Of a stretch of 45,779 nt of DNA, positions 27,751 through 36,707 are shown in pieces. Location: positions 1 through 45,779 of the forward strand of contig JBNJGH010000017.1 in the NCBI GenBank assembly GCA_051747585.1. The letters run 5' to 3'. The DNA comes from Candidatus Rifleibacteriota bacterium. GTDB lineage: Bacteria > Muiribacteriota > Ozemobacteria > Ozemobacterales > Ozemobacteraceae. Numbering within the stretch: the first letter of the stretch is position 1; every line of letters starts with the position of its first letter. Position numbers and translations under genes: made by a program. Under the pieces are notes generated by a model. That model ran no database searches. It had not been told where the DNA came from and was given only the letters and a program-made list of their open reading frames with translations.

Positions 27751-28790
27751 TGCTTCATTTTAAAAACCTCTATATAGATAAAGATGTTAAAGATTACAAA
27801 TTGGTAAAAGACATAAAAAGTAAAGTCAGTTACGACAACCTTATTTATGTATCAGGTGAACAACATCCGGGAAAAGGTTTGCTGTTAACTTTAAATAAAG
27901 GTTCATTTGTTAAGCCGTGCCCCGGGCAAAAAGGAAGTGTCTGCTGCGGTTACTGGGTAGTAGAGTGGGGCATGGGTTGCCCCTTTGGTTGCGAATACTG
28001 TATTTTGCAAAATTATACCGGCGCAGGCGATATTACGCTTTTTGTAAACTGGGAAGACTGTAAAAAAGAAATAGAACAATTGCGGCAAAAGGTAAAAGGC
28101 CCAATCAGATTAGGAACAGGGCAGTTTGGTGACCCTCTGGCTCTCGAAGAAATTTTTCCTTTAAATACCGAGATAATTGAATGGACAAAGGATTTTGCAG
28201 ATTTCACTCTCGAAATTAAAACTAAAAGCGATCAAATTCAGGCTGTCTTAAATGCCGAAAATGCAGAACATGTAACTCTTGCTTTTTCTCTTAATCCGCA
28301 ATGGATGATCGATAAACTCGAGCACGGAGCCGCTTCTCTGCATCAGCGCCTCGATGCTGCAGCAACTGCCGCTGCCCGAAAAAAATGCGCCCTGGCTTTT
28401 CATTTTGATCCGGTTCTTCCTCTTGGAGACTGGGAAAACGATTACAAACAGGTTTTTGAACTTATGAAACAAAAGCTTTCGCGCTTTAAAATCAATTGGA
28501 TTTCTGTAGGAACTTTTCGCTTTCCAAAGGGGTTTGAAGCCTATGTCGAAGAATTTCATCCCGGTTCTGAAATTCTTGATGAAGAATTTTACCGAACCGA
28601 AGATGGCAAGCTCAGATATTTTCGGCCATTCAGAGAAAAGATTTACAAATTCGCTTTTGCTGAACTAAAAAATCTGTTTCCTGATACAGCGGTTTATATC
28701 TGCATGGATATGCCCTATGTCTGGCAGAGAATTATCGGAAACCACTTTTATAGTAGCGATCTCAAAATATTGCTCGACAAAAGAATCTAA
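27750..28790 (+). CDS. Spore photoproduct lyase (SPL)-like radical SAM protein
   Basis: KPCPG..CCGY, GCPFGCEYC (CxxxCxxC), LEIKTKS, FSLNP, FHFDP, DGKLRYF; TAATG coupling. Confidence 0.85.
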   Translation: MLHFKNLYIDKDVKDYKLVKDIKSKVSYDNLIYVSGEQHPGKGLLLTLNKGSFVKPCPGQKGSVCCGYWVVEWGMGCPFGCEYCILQNYTGAGDITLFVNWEDCKKEIEQLRQKVKGPIRLGTGQFGDPLALEEIFPLNTEIIEWTKDFADFTLEIKTKSDQIQAVLNAENAEHVTLAFSLNPQWMIDKLEHGAASLHQRLDAAATAAARKKCALAFHFDPVLPLGDWENDYKQVFELMKQKLSRFKINWISVGTFRFPKGFEAYVEEFHPGSEILDEEFYRTEDGKLRYFRPFREKIYKFAFAELKNLFPDTAVYICMDMPYVWQRIIGNHFYSSDLKILLDKRI

Positions 28791-28809
28791 GACAACTCAT
28801 AAATTGTGG

Positions 28810-29916
28810 TTATTTTAAAACTTTAAATTTGGCGTTTTTAACCGCCTCGAGCCATGCGTAGCCGTTTTTGGTGTCAGGCTCAAGATAATGGCCTTCGCTC
28901 CACTCATTCCAGGAAGATATAAAGCAAAGCTTATTTTTGCTTTTACATTCATTTTTGCAAAACCTTAATGCTGCCTCGAGAAAATTTTGAAATTTTTCGG
29001 GGGAATTTTCTGTAATAACCGGCGACCAGGGATAACGTCCCGGCTTTTCTTTGCCATAATCAGCCGCTCTCGGATTAGCATCCCAGCCTGGTGAAACCGA
29101 TGGAAAATATGGCAAGGAGGTTTCGGGCTGGTAGATTTGCCAGTCTTTAATTCGTAATTTTGCATAATCATCGAAATTTTGAAGGTAAGGGCCTTTCCAG
29201 TCTGGAAGGAACACATAATGAGTTACAGAATCAAAACCGGTTTTGAGCAATAGCGAACGATGCTGTTCTATAGGATCGATTGCCGCTAAATGTAATGACA
29301 AGCCTTTTTCTTTTAAAAGCTTGCGGGCAGATTCAATTGCTTCTGCAGCTTTTTGTATGCCTAACTGCTTTAAAAAAAATGCTGTATCAAAAATACTTAA
29401 ATAGCAGGCTCCATTAATTCTTAAATAATCCTCATGCAGCAAATAGCGCTCTGAAATAAATTCAACGAATTTGACGAAGTCTTCCGGATCAGTATAAACC
29501 AGCCTTGAAGGATCGATAACTCTTTGTTCTTCATTCTTTACGGGCATAACTTTTCGCGGCATTCTATTAGCCCACATCAATGCAAATTTAAAGCCCGGCT
29601 GATGTTTGCTCTGCAAGAAACCAGTATTCAGAGCATTTTCAAGCAATCTTTTGCCCCTTGACCAGTAAAATGCAAATACAAAAGCATCAACACCATATTT
29701 TCGGGCGGTTAGAATTTTTTTGTCGAAAATTTCGGGGTCTGATTCATCTTCGGGGCCCCAGAGCGGTAATTTTGGCTGATTGTGGTCGGGAAAGCGGGGT
29801 CTGGCATTATAAACAAGATCCCATTCCGACCATTTTGCCGGAAAAGCTGCATCCCTTGTTTTACAACTATGCCAACCAGGATAATAATATGCGGCTATCA
29901 AAGGTTTATTATTCAT
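28810..29916 (-). CDS. WbsX / GH99-like domain protein
   Basis: IAAYYYPGWH, FALMWAN, PGWDANPR, SWNEWSEGHYLEPD. Confidence 0.85.
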   Translation of the reverse strand: MNNKPLIAAYYYPGWHSCKTRDAAFPAKWSEWDLVYNARPRFPDHNQPKLPLWGPEDESDPEIFDKKILTARKYGVDAFVFAFYWSRGKRLLENALNTGFLQSKHQPGFKFALMWANRMPRKVMPVKNEEQRVIDPSRLVYTDPEDFVKFVEFISERYLLHEDYLRINGACYLSIFDTAFFLKQLGIQKAAEAIESARKLLKEKGLSLHLAAIDPIEQHRSLLLKTGFDSVTHYVFLPDWKGPYLQNFDDYAKLRIKDWQIYQPETSLPYFPSVSPGWDANPRAADYGKEKPGRYPWSPVITENSPEKFQNFLEAALRFCKNECKSKNKLCFISSWNEWSEGHYLEPDTKNGYAWLEAVKNAKFKVLK

Positions 29917-31000
29917 TTTTTAAAATGGTTTCTATTATATCGAGTCCGGATTTAAGTAATTCAATTCTCGCTTGATTCCCCATGTGGCCGATTCTGAAAA
30001 CGTGCCCTGATAGTTCGCCATAACTTCCGGTAATCCAAAGTCCTTTATCGAGGCAGGATTGATTAAAGCGTTCCCAGGTATGATTTTCCGGTAATTTCAC
30101 TGCCGTAACTGTAGGTGCGCAAACGGCCTTTTCATCTGGAAAAATTTCAAGATTCATTTCCTGCAGGCGTTTATGACAGAATTCCATGCATTTTTTATGT
30201 CTATCATAAACATTTTCGAGGCCTTCATCGAGCAATATCGAAGCAGCTTCTTCGAGAGCCGCCATGCCATGCCAGTAAGGAGTATTGGGAAAATAGAATT
30301 CTTTTTGAGCATTTTTGAAAGGCAGAAAAGCATCGTAACCAGAATAGTTAACCTGTTCGATTCTTTCCCAGGCTTTGGGGCTGACCGATACAAAACTCAT
30401 GCTCGGAGGTGCAGACAAAGCCTTCTGGCTTCCATTCAAGGAAAGATCGATCAGGTTCTGGTCAACCTCTACGAAGCATCCACCTGAACTGGCAACAGTG
30501 TCAACACATAGCAGAGGAACGTTTAACTCTTTTTTTACCCGGGCTATTAAATTTAAAGGATTGAGAGTTCCGCTTGGAGTCTCACAGTGTACAGCGGTTA
30601 TCATTAAGGGGTTATGCTTCTTAACCGCTGCTTCAAGCGGCACTGTTGAGTTCAAAGTTTGATTGTAATCAAGCTCGACTCTTAAAACATCAGCCCCGAT
30701 ACTTTCAGCCATATCGGCAATACCATAGCTGAAAATGCCATTGCAAACAGCAACAATTTTATCGCCGGGTTTTAGCGTGCTTTTTAGTGCACCCCAAAGC
30801 CCCCACATTCCTTCTCCTGTTTGAATTATAATAGGGTTTTTGGTGCCCAGAATTTTCTGCAATTTTTCCTCTGTTTTATTGTATAGTTCAAGAAATTCCA
30901 GATCGAGGTCTCCGGAACCGTAATTCATTGCCATTTTCTTTAAAACTCTGTCTTCAACACTGGTTGGGCCGGGTACAAGATTGATCATAATTTTTTTCAT
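29909..31000 (-). CDS. Class V PLP-dependent aminotransferase (alanine-glyoxylate/serine-pyruvate type)
   Basis: LVPGPT, VHCETPSG, VDTVAS, GSQKALSAPP (PLP Lys), FRIGHMG. Confidence 0.92.
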   Translation of the reverse strand: MKKIMINLVPGPTSVEDRVLKKMAMNYGSGDLDLEFLELYNKTEEKLQKILGTKNPIIIQTGEGMWGLWGALKSTLKPGDKIVAVCNGIFSYGIADMAESIGADVLRVELDYNQTLNSTVPLEAAVKKHNPLMITAVHCETPSGTLNPLNLIARVKKELNVPLLCVDTVASSGGCFVEVDQNLIDLSLNGSQKALSAPPSMSFVSVSPKAWERIEQVNYSGYDAFLPFKNAQKEFYFPNTPYWHGMAALEEAASILLDEGLENVYDRHKKCMEFCHKRLQEMNLEIFPDEKAVCAPTVTAVKLPENHTWERFNQSCLDKGLWITGSYGELSGHVFRIGHMGNQARIELLKSGLDIIETILKNE

Positions 31001-31041
31001 AAATTCTCCGTCAAAATTTGTTTTATCATAACAAAAATTAA

Positions 31042-31050
31042 TGATATAAT
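31042..31050 (+). promoter_or_regulatory. Extended -10 element
   Basis: TGATATAAT about 40 bp upstream of the ATG at 31090; GAGGGG Shine-Dalgarno. Confidence 0.5.
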
Positions 31051-31089
31051 ATAATTAACAAAAAATAAAAAAATAGAGGGGACTCATTT

Positions 31090-31362
31090 ATGAAAAAAGA
31101 ACACATCGATCTTGTCTGGAATTCTCTTAACGACTTTGAAAAAGCCAATATGAGTTTTAGTGACTTTCTTGACCGCCTTGGAATAGCTTTAGAATCAGCC
31201 TCTTTACCTGAAGCTAAATTAATCGGCGAGACAGCCAGAAACCTCGAGTTTATTATGAATTCAGGGCAAAAAGCCCAGACTCATCAGTTAATAGAAACTT
31301 TGCGCAGTGGCTTGTCTTCGCAGAATCCCATAAAGGCAAATATTTCCAGCACTAAAAACTAA
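31090..31362 (+). CDS. Small hypothetical helical protein
   Basis: 90-aa ORF with its own Shine-Dalgarno, promoter element and downstream hairpin. Confidence 0.75.
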   Translation: MKKEHIDLVWNSLNDFEKANMSFSDFLDRLGIALESASLPEAKLIGETARNLEFIMNSGQKAQTHQLIETLRSGLSSQNPIKANISSTKN

Positions 31363-31370
31363 TATAGCAA

Positions 31371-31434
31371 TAACAGCAAAAACTTATAGTTCGATATTTA
31401 TTAAGTTGAATATCGGACTTTTTTCTTGCTGTTA
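31371..31434 (+). terminator. Extended imperfect hairpin / intrinsic terminator
   Basis: AGTTCGATATTTA / TGAATATCGGACT followed by a T run; outer TAACAGCAA / TTGCTGTTA. Confidence 0.55.
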
Positions 31435-31460
31435 AAGCGGATTTTAATTATTCTGAAACC

Positions 31461-31928
31461 ATGAAAAGCTTTACGAGCCTTTTGTTGACAATATGTTTTT
31501 TGAGTTTCTCGATTTTGCATGCAAGTCCGATCGAAAGTGATATTAAAATTCTTAAAAAATTAGTTGATAAAGCTTATGAAAATCTGAGCCTGGACTATAA
31601 ACTGTTCAGATCTACTACCAATAATAAAATATTTTTACAGAACGCCGAACTGAGACTCAGATTCGCACAGATAAACAGTTCCGCCAAAGATTTTTTAGAT
31701 TACGATTACATGAATCTCGGGCTTTATCTGCTTTCTATTCGTTTTCAACGCTATAAAGCTGCATTGGTCGTTTTAAAAAAGCAGCTTTTGCAGGAAAACG
31801 ATCCACATATTATAGAATGGTTAAAAAAAAGAATCAGAAATATCGAAAAATTTCAAGATAGCGAAAAAATTTTTAATCACCTTGAAGCTAATAAAGAGCT
31901 ACAAATTTTCCGCAAACTTTTTGATTAG
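31461..31928 (+). CDS. Secreted hypothetical helical protein
   Basis: Signal peptide ending LHA-S; 155 aa. Confidence 0.7.
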   Translation: MKSFTSLLLTICFLSFSILHASPIESDIKILKKLVDKAYENLSLDYKLFRSTTNNKIFLQNAELRLRFAQINSSAKDFLDYDYMNLGLYLLSIRFQRYKAALVVLKKQLLQENDPHIIEWLKKRIRNIEKFQDSEKIFNHLEANKELQIFRKLFD

Positions 31929-32015
31929 TACCGTAATTTCTAACTAAAAAGCTGTTGTTTACAGCAGCTGGGGAAGTGTATTATACTCTGAGAAAAATTA
32001 AGCAGGTAATAAATT

Positions 32016-33302
32016 ATGGAATATGCATTACCGGTCATGACCGGCCTCTCATTAGCTGCCCTTACAGGCTTTAGAGCTTTTTTGCCGCCTTTAATTCTGG
32101 GGCTGATTTATAAACTTTTTCCTCAGGTAATCAACATCAATGAATCTTTTGCATTTCTTGCCCAGGACCCGGTTTTAATATGCCTTGGGGTAGCAGCATT
32201 TTTTGAATTGCTGGGTGACAAAATTCCGGTAGTAGACAACTTTTTAGATTGGCTTAATATTCCTGCCAAAATCATTTTTTCTGCAATTCTAACTTATGCA
32301 CTAATTCCTGGCTCGGCTCATTGGTTCTATTCTCTTGTAGCTATAGTTTTTGCCGAAACAGCCACGTTAACAGTACACACCGGAAAGATGGGAATCAGAG
32401 CAGCATCTACCGTTTCTACAGGTGGAACAGCAAATCCTATAATTGGTCTTTTTGAAGATGTAATTTCTATTTCAGGCACAGTTGCGGCAATTTTGCTGCC
32501 CTGGCTGGCGATTTTATTACTGGTTTACATAATATACCGATGTCTAAAGTTTTTATTTGGCAGCAGGGGAGGCAACGAAGGGCCTATTGCCGAAGCCGAC
32601 CCATCTTTGACCTGGCATAATATCTCTCAGTTTTTAAGCCTCTGGTTTTTCAGAATCTACAATCGCATGGAAATTCACAACAAGGAAAAAGTTCCCCAGG
32701 ATCAGCAATTTGTAACTGTCGCTAATCACGCATCGATACTGGATGGGTTTATTATGGGCGGCGCAGTTCGCAGACCACTTTATATTATGGTTAAAAAAGA
32801 AGCCTTTGAAAACCCGGTTAAAGGATGGTATTTGCGCAAAGTCTTATGCTTTCCGGTTGACCGCTCTAAAGTCGATATAGTAGCTATCAAAACAACTATG
32901 CGAATACTTAATAATGGCTACAATCTGGGGCTTTTCCCAGAAGGAACAAGGAATCGAGACGGTTATGTCGCCGAATTCAAGCCTGGTGCAATTAAATTCG
33001 CCCTCAAAAAAAAGCTACCTTTAATTCCGGCTTATATAGCCAATTCTCATAAGCTAACACCACCCGGAACTATTTTTCCAAGACCCGCCAAAATGTCGGT
33101 TCATTTTCTCGATCCAATAGATACTAAAGCTGAACTTGCTGCAGGTAAAAACGAGATGGATATTTTGAAAATGCTGCATGATAGAATTTGCCAGAAGGGT
33201 AGCGAAGTAATGGGTTACGATGTAAGAGCTTCATCTTTAAGCGAAAAGACTGAAAAAAAACCGGTTAACATTTCAGAGCCTCAACCTGCAAAATCTGAAT
33301 GA
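32016..33302 (+). CDS. DUF4126 membrane domain fused to a PlsC-type lysophospholipid acyltransferase
   Basis: N-terminal GFRAFLP, ELLGDKIPVVDNFLD, STGGTANPIIGLFED; C-terminal NHASILD, FPVDR, FPEGTR. Confidence 0.85.
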   Translation: MEYALPVMTGLSLAALTGFRAFLPPLILGLIYKLFPQVININESFAFLAQDPVLICLGVAAFFELLGDKIPVVDNFLDWLNIPAKIIFSAILTYALIPGSAHWFYSLVAIVFAETATLTVHTGKMGIRAASTVSTGGTANPIIGLFEDVISISGTVAAILLPWLAILLLVYIIYRCLKFLFGSRGGNEGPIAEADPSLTWHNISQFLSLWFFRIYNRMEIHNKEKVPQDQQFVTVANHASILDGFIMGGAVRRPLYIMVKKEAFENPVKGWYLRKVLCFPVDRSKVDIVAIKTTMRILNNGYNLGLFPEGTRNRDGYVAEFKPGAIKFALKKKLPLIPAYIANSHKLTPPGTIFPRPAKMSVHFLDPIDTKAELAAGKNEMDILKMLHDRICQKGSEVMGYDVRASSLSEKTEKKPVNISEPQPAKSE

Positions 33303-34279
33303 TTTCTAATCTTATTCGAAACAAGGGCGCTTCCAGCTGGCTTAAAGTTGATCTGAACATTTGCAGAAAAAATCTTCTGGCTCTTGACCGTGAAAACTGT
33401 GTAATAGATCTTACCCCACCTTTTATAAACAAATCCTGGCAGTATTTAGAAGAAGATGTCATTAGATCGGGTATAAATATTATTGCCTCTAGAAACCCAC
33501 AGGATCTGCTGCCTGCCAACAATCATTTTTGTAAAATTCTTCTTCCCGGATTTTCCAGAGCTGAACTGGGTTACGCAGCGAAGAACATTATACCGGTAGT
33601 ATCCGGATTTGAAGAAATTCTTGCCTTATCAAATCTTGCCCAGGAAAACGACACCAGGATTTCTTTTATGATTCATATAAGAACTTTAAATGAAGAATTC
33701 AGCTTTGGCGATTATGGTTATTATGACTTGATCGGTAAAGTACGAATGCTTCCCATGGTTGATTTTGCCGGAGTTTTCTTTGACACCTATAACAGCATTA
33801 ACTTCAATGAAAAAAACTTTATTAGAAATCTTTATAAGGTAAGCGATACAAATAATCTTTTGCTACTTTGCTGCGAAACTGATACAAATTTCAAAGCTGC
33901 AAAAAAACTGACTTCCTGGCCCCTTGCCGGTATATGTAAGGAAATACTGCCTCTTGCAATTTCTGCAGGTTTCATAGCTCACCCGATAAATAAAACTGAT
34001 AATGAAACTATTTTCAGACTTGAAATTGGGTTAAGTCATGGTTTACCCGAGAGTTTCCCTTCAATGATTGAAGGGTTTAATGCCAGGGTTAAGGAAATTA
34101 ACCTTTATACTACAATTCTAGGGGTGAAAAACTTTGCAAGTGATCGTCCTTACCCTTACAGAGGGATACTTATCGGTAGACAATCTGGTGAGAATGTTTC
34201 TCAACACCAGTGGAACCATACATATCTGAAAAATTATCTTTTACATTTCAATAAAGAACTGCTGCTTTTGGATCAGTAA
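33299..34279 (+). CDS. Hypothetical protein, degenerate alanine-racemase-like
   Basis: SWLKVDLNICRKNL resembles the Alr N-terminus; no VKAxAYGHG; ATGA overlap with the upstream gene. Confidence 0.5.
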   Translation: MISNLIRNKGASSWLKVDLNICRKNLLALDRENCVIDLTPPFINKSWQYLEEDVIRSGINIIASRNPQDLLPANNHFCKILLPGFSRAELGYAAKNIIPVVSGFEEILALSNLAQENDTRISFMIHIRTLNEEFSFGDYGYYDLIGKVRMLPMVDFAGVFFDTYNSINFNEKNFIRNLYKVSDTNNLLLLCCETDTNFKAAKKLTSWPLAGICKEILPLAISAGFIAHPINKTDNETIFRLEIGLSHGLPESFPSMIEGFNARVKEINLYTTILGVKNFASDRPYPYRGILIGRQSGENVSQHQWNHTYLKNYLLHFNKELLLLDQ

Positions 34280-34453
34280 TTATCCATTTGTTTATAGAAA
34301 CTGCTTCAAGACATTTAGATTGCTTCGCTTCGACTTCGCTCAGCACAGGCACTTCGACTCCGCTCAGGGGGCCGCACACGGTATGTCATTGCGAGGAGTT
34401 CTGCGAAGCAGAACGACGAAGCAATCTTTGATATGCTAAATGAATAATTACTG
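34274..34453. mobile_element. Second copy (180 bp) of the MITE-like element, in reverse orientation
   Basis: TIRs CAGTAATTATCCATTT ... AAATGAATAATTACTG; colinear similarity to the reverse complement of 17736-17953; no target-site duplication. Confidence 0.8.
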
Positions 34454-35089
34454 TTCTCTGATAATAGAGGCAGGCAATATAATACTGTTTGAACTTACTT
34501 CAATGTCGTTGGCGTTCTGGTAAAATGCCCTTAAAAGAGAAGATTTATCGGGCGACAATAAATTTTTCAGCCAGTTTTTAATTTTATCATGGAAAAACCC
34601 GGGATTTGGTATTTTCCAGGCGTTTAAATATATCTGCTCAATTTCAACCTCATTTTCAAAGCTGATGTCCAGGCTGAATACCATTGATCTTAAAAAAAAA
34701 CCAGATCCGATTAAGAAAAGAACGCCTTCGTTTTTATGGGGCAAAAACCTGATTCTATGCAGGTAAAACCCTTGATAAGGTGCAAGATTAATACGGGAAA
34801 GCAATGCATTAAGCTCTGCAGGCGTTAGTTCTATATTTTTCTTGTCATTTTCGAGCAGAACTATTCTTTTTTCCTGTAAACTCCAGTAATCTTCCTGCTT
34901 CAAGCCTGAAAATTCATTTAAATCAAATTTGGCGGTTATTCCTCTATAGATTTCTGCAAAGCTATACCAGCTGATAGCAACAATAATTACCAGAATAATA
35001 CTCGGGTAAAGGCACCCGCAGCCAAGGCCCACCATCATTCTTCGCAGGCAACCAGGGTTTTTCTCTTTAACTGTATTGTCAGCGTTCAT
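34448..35089 (-). CDS. Hypothetical membrane-anchored protein
   Basis: GC-type N-terminal anchor (PGCLRR..GLGCGCL) followed by a TM helix; coupled to cheW. Confidence 0.75.
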   Translation of the reverse strand: MNADNTVKEKNPGCLRRMMVGLGCGCLYPSIILVIIVAISWYSFAEIYRGITAKFDLNEFSGLKQEDYWSLQEKRIVLLENDKKNIELTPAELNALLSRINLAPYQGFYLHRIRFLPHKNEGVLFLIGSGFFLRSMVFSLDISFENEVEIEQIYLNAWKIPNPGFFHDKIKNWLKNLLSPDKSSLLRAFYQNANDIEVSSNSIILPASIIREQ

Positions 35090-35571
35090 CAGGAATTAAG
35101 ATCTTTAAGAACAGATTGCTCTTCGAAAGAAAGCAACTTTTCGACATCGAGCAGAATAATAAGCTTTTCATTGAGCTTTGCCACCCCTTGAATATACTGA
35201 GAGCCAATGCTTGCCGAGAACATGGGTGGAGTTTTTTCTATTTCATCCTGGAAAAATTTCATAACCTCAGAAACATTGTCTACAATCATGCCAACCTGAT
35301 TCTTGCCAAGCTCAACAATAAGAATCTTTGCCGATTGCAGATTTTTATTAATTTCAAGATCGAATCTTTTGCGTAAATCAATTATAGGTACAATTTCTCC
35401 GCGAAGGTTGATAACCCCTTCAACAAAAGGCGGCGATTTCGGAACTTTACGAATATCAATCATTGCAGAAATTTCGCGAACCTTGCTGATATTTACTGCA
35501 TATTCATCTTCACCGATATAAAAGCCGACAACCTGAATTTCATGTCTGACTACTGTTTTCTTGATTGCCAT
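35089..35571 (-). CDS. cheW: Chemotaxis adaptor CheW
   Basis: YAVNISKVREI, VPKSPPFVEGVINLRGEIVPIIDLRKRF, GMIVDNVSEV. Confidence 0.95.
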   Translation of the reverse strand: MAIKKTVVRHEIQVVGFYIGEDEYAVNISKVREISAMIDIRKVPKSPPFVEGVINLRGEIVPIIDLRKRFDLEINKNLQSAKILIVELGKNQVGMIVDNVSEVMKFFQDEIEKTPPMFSASIGSQYIQGVAKLNEKLIILLDVEKLLSFEEQSVLKDLNS

Positions 35572-35797
35572 CTTTTTTTCCTTCCATTTTTTGCCGTTTT
35601 TGTTTTAAATAGAGCATAAACGAGATTAATTCAGCGAAAAAGACTGTAATATCATCGAACCAGCCAATTACAGGTATCGCATCCGGAATAAAATCTATGG
35701 GTGAAAGTATATATATAACAGCCAGAATGAAAAGAACAATCTGAGTTCTTGGATTGTTCATAAGTCTTTTGGGAATTTCTGGTTCCGGCTTATTCAT
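35540..35797 (-). CDS. DUF1232/YkvA family membrane protein
   Basis: YILSPIDFIPDAIPVIGWFDD signature. Confidence 0.9.
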   Translation of the reverse strand: MNKPEPEIPKRLMNNPRTQIVLFILAVIYILSPIDFIPDAIPVIGWFDDITVFFAELISFMLYLKQKRQKMEGKKDGNQENSSQT

Positions 35798-35800
35798 ATT

Positions 35801-36199
35801 TTATTTTCCTTTCAAATCTGCGGATCCAAAGCTTAAAGGCAAAAGTTCGCCGATATCTGTCTTTTTTACCTGCTTATCCTGGTTAATCAGCAGAATTTCG
35901 GCTTCGGGTGCAAGCTCGTTTATTACCTGCCGACAAGCGCCACAGGGTGGGGTAAAATCTTTTCGATCTACATATATTGCTATTTTTTTAACATCTGTTT
36001 TGTCTGCGGCATAAGCCGTAAACAATGCCGTTCTTTCTGCACAGTTAGAAAGACCGTAGCTGGCATTTTCCACATTGCAACCTTTTATTATTTCTCCGTC
36101 ACCGGTCAGCAATGCGGCTCCAACCTTGAAATTGGAATAGGGAGCATATGCAATTTTGCTTGCTTCAACTGCAGAATCGATCAATTGTTTATCATTCAT
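35801..36199 (-). CDS. cdd: Cytidine deaminase (homotetrameric type)
   Basis: AYAPYSNFKVGAA, NVENASYGLSNCAERTA, PCGACRQV. Confidence 0.95.
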   Translation of the reverse strand: MNDKQLIDSAVEASKIAYAPYSNFKVGAALLTGDGEIIKGCNVENASYGLSNCAERTALFTAYAADKTDVKKIAIYVDRKDFTPPCGACRQVINELAPEAEILLINQDKQVKKTDIGELLPLSFGSADLKGK

Positions 36200-36256
36200 T
36201 CCTTTTTATACCTCACTATAGGTATATTTCTATCACAAACTGATTTGCAACTAAAG

Positions 36257-36288
36257 AAAAAAACACCCCTGCAAAACAGGGGTGTTTT
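36257..36288 (-). terminator. Intrinsic terminator of rplM-rpsI
   Basis: AAAACACCCCTG-CAAAA-CAGGGGTGTTTT with a minus-strand U tract. Confidence 0.85.
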
Positions 36289-36297
36289 GTTTGTATA

Positions 36298-36690
36298 TCA
36301 GCGTTTTGAGAATTGTGGTCTTCTTCTTGCTTTTTTGAGGCCGAATTTTTTTCTTTCTTTTTCACGTGGATCTCTGGTAAGGTATCCGGCTTTCTTGAGT
36401 GAAGCACGTAATTCAGAATTGAATTTGATTAATGCACGTGCAATACCGTGTCTTAGAGCGCCGGCCTGACCAGTACTGCCGCCGCCTTTAATATTTGCAT
36501 AAACATCGAACTTACCAAGTGTTTCTGTATTGGTAAGGGGTTGTACAATAATTTTTCTTGTTAAAGGAATTGGAAAATAATCTTCAAAAGGACGATTATT
36601 TATAATAATCTTGCCTTCGCCACGGCAAATTCTTACTCTTGCAGTAGCAGCTTTTCTTCTTCCAGTTCCCCAGATATAAGTTTCAGCCAT
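36298..36690 (-). CDS. rpsI: 30S ribosomal protein S9
   Basis: [36 protein letters not shown]. Confidence 0.98.
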   Translation of the reverse strand: MAETYIWGTGRRKAATARVRICRGEGKIIINNRPFEDYFPIPLTRKIIVQPLTNTETLGKFDVYANIKGGGSTGQAGALRHGIARALIKFNSELRASLKKAGYLTRDPREKERKKFGLKKARRRPQFSKR

Positions 36691-36707
36691 TTCTTATTCC
36701 TCCTTCT

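Noticed and set aside
31950..31970. Short inverted repeat AGCTGTTGT-TT-ACAGCAGCT
   Set aside because: Loop too small and no U tract; cannot be supported as a terminator or operator.
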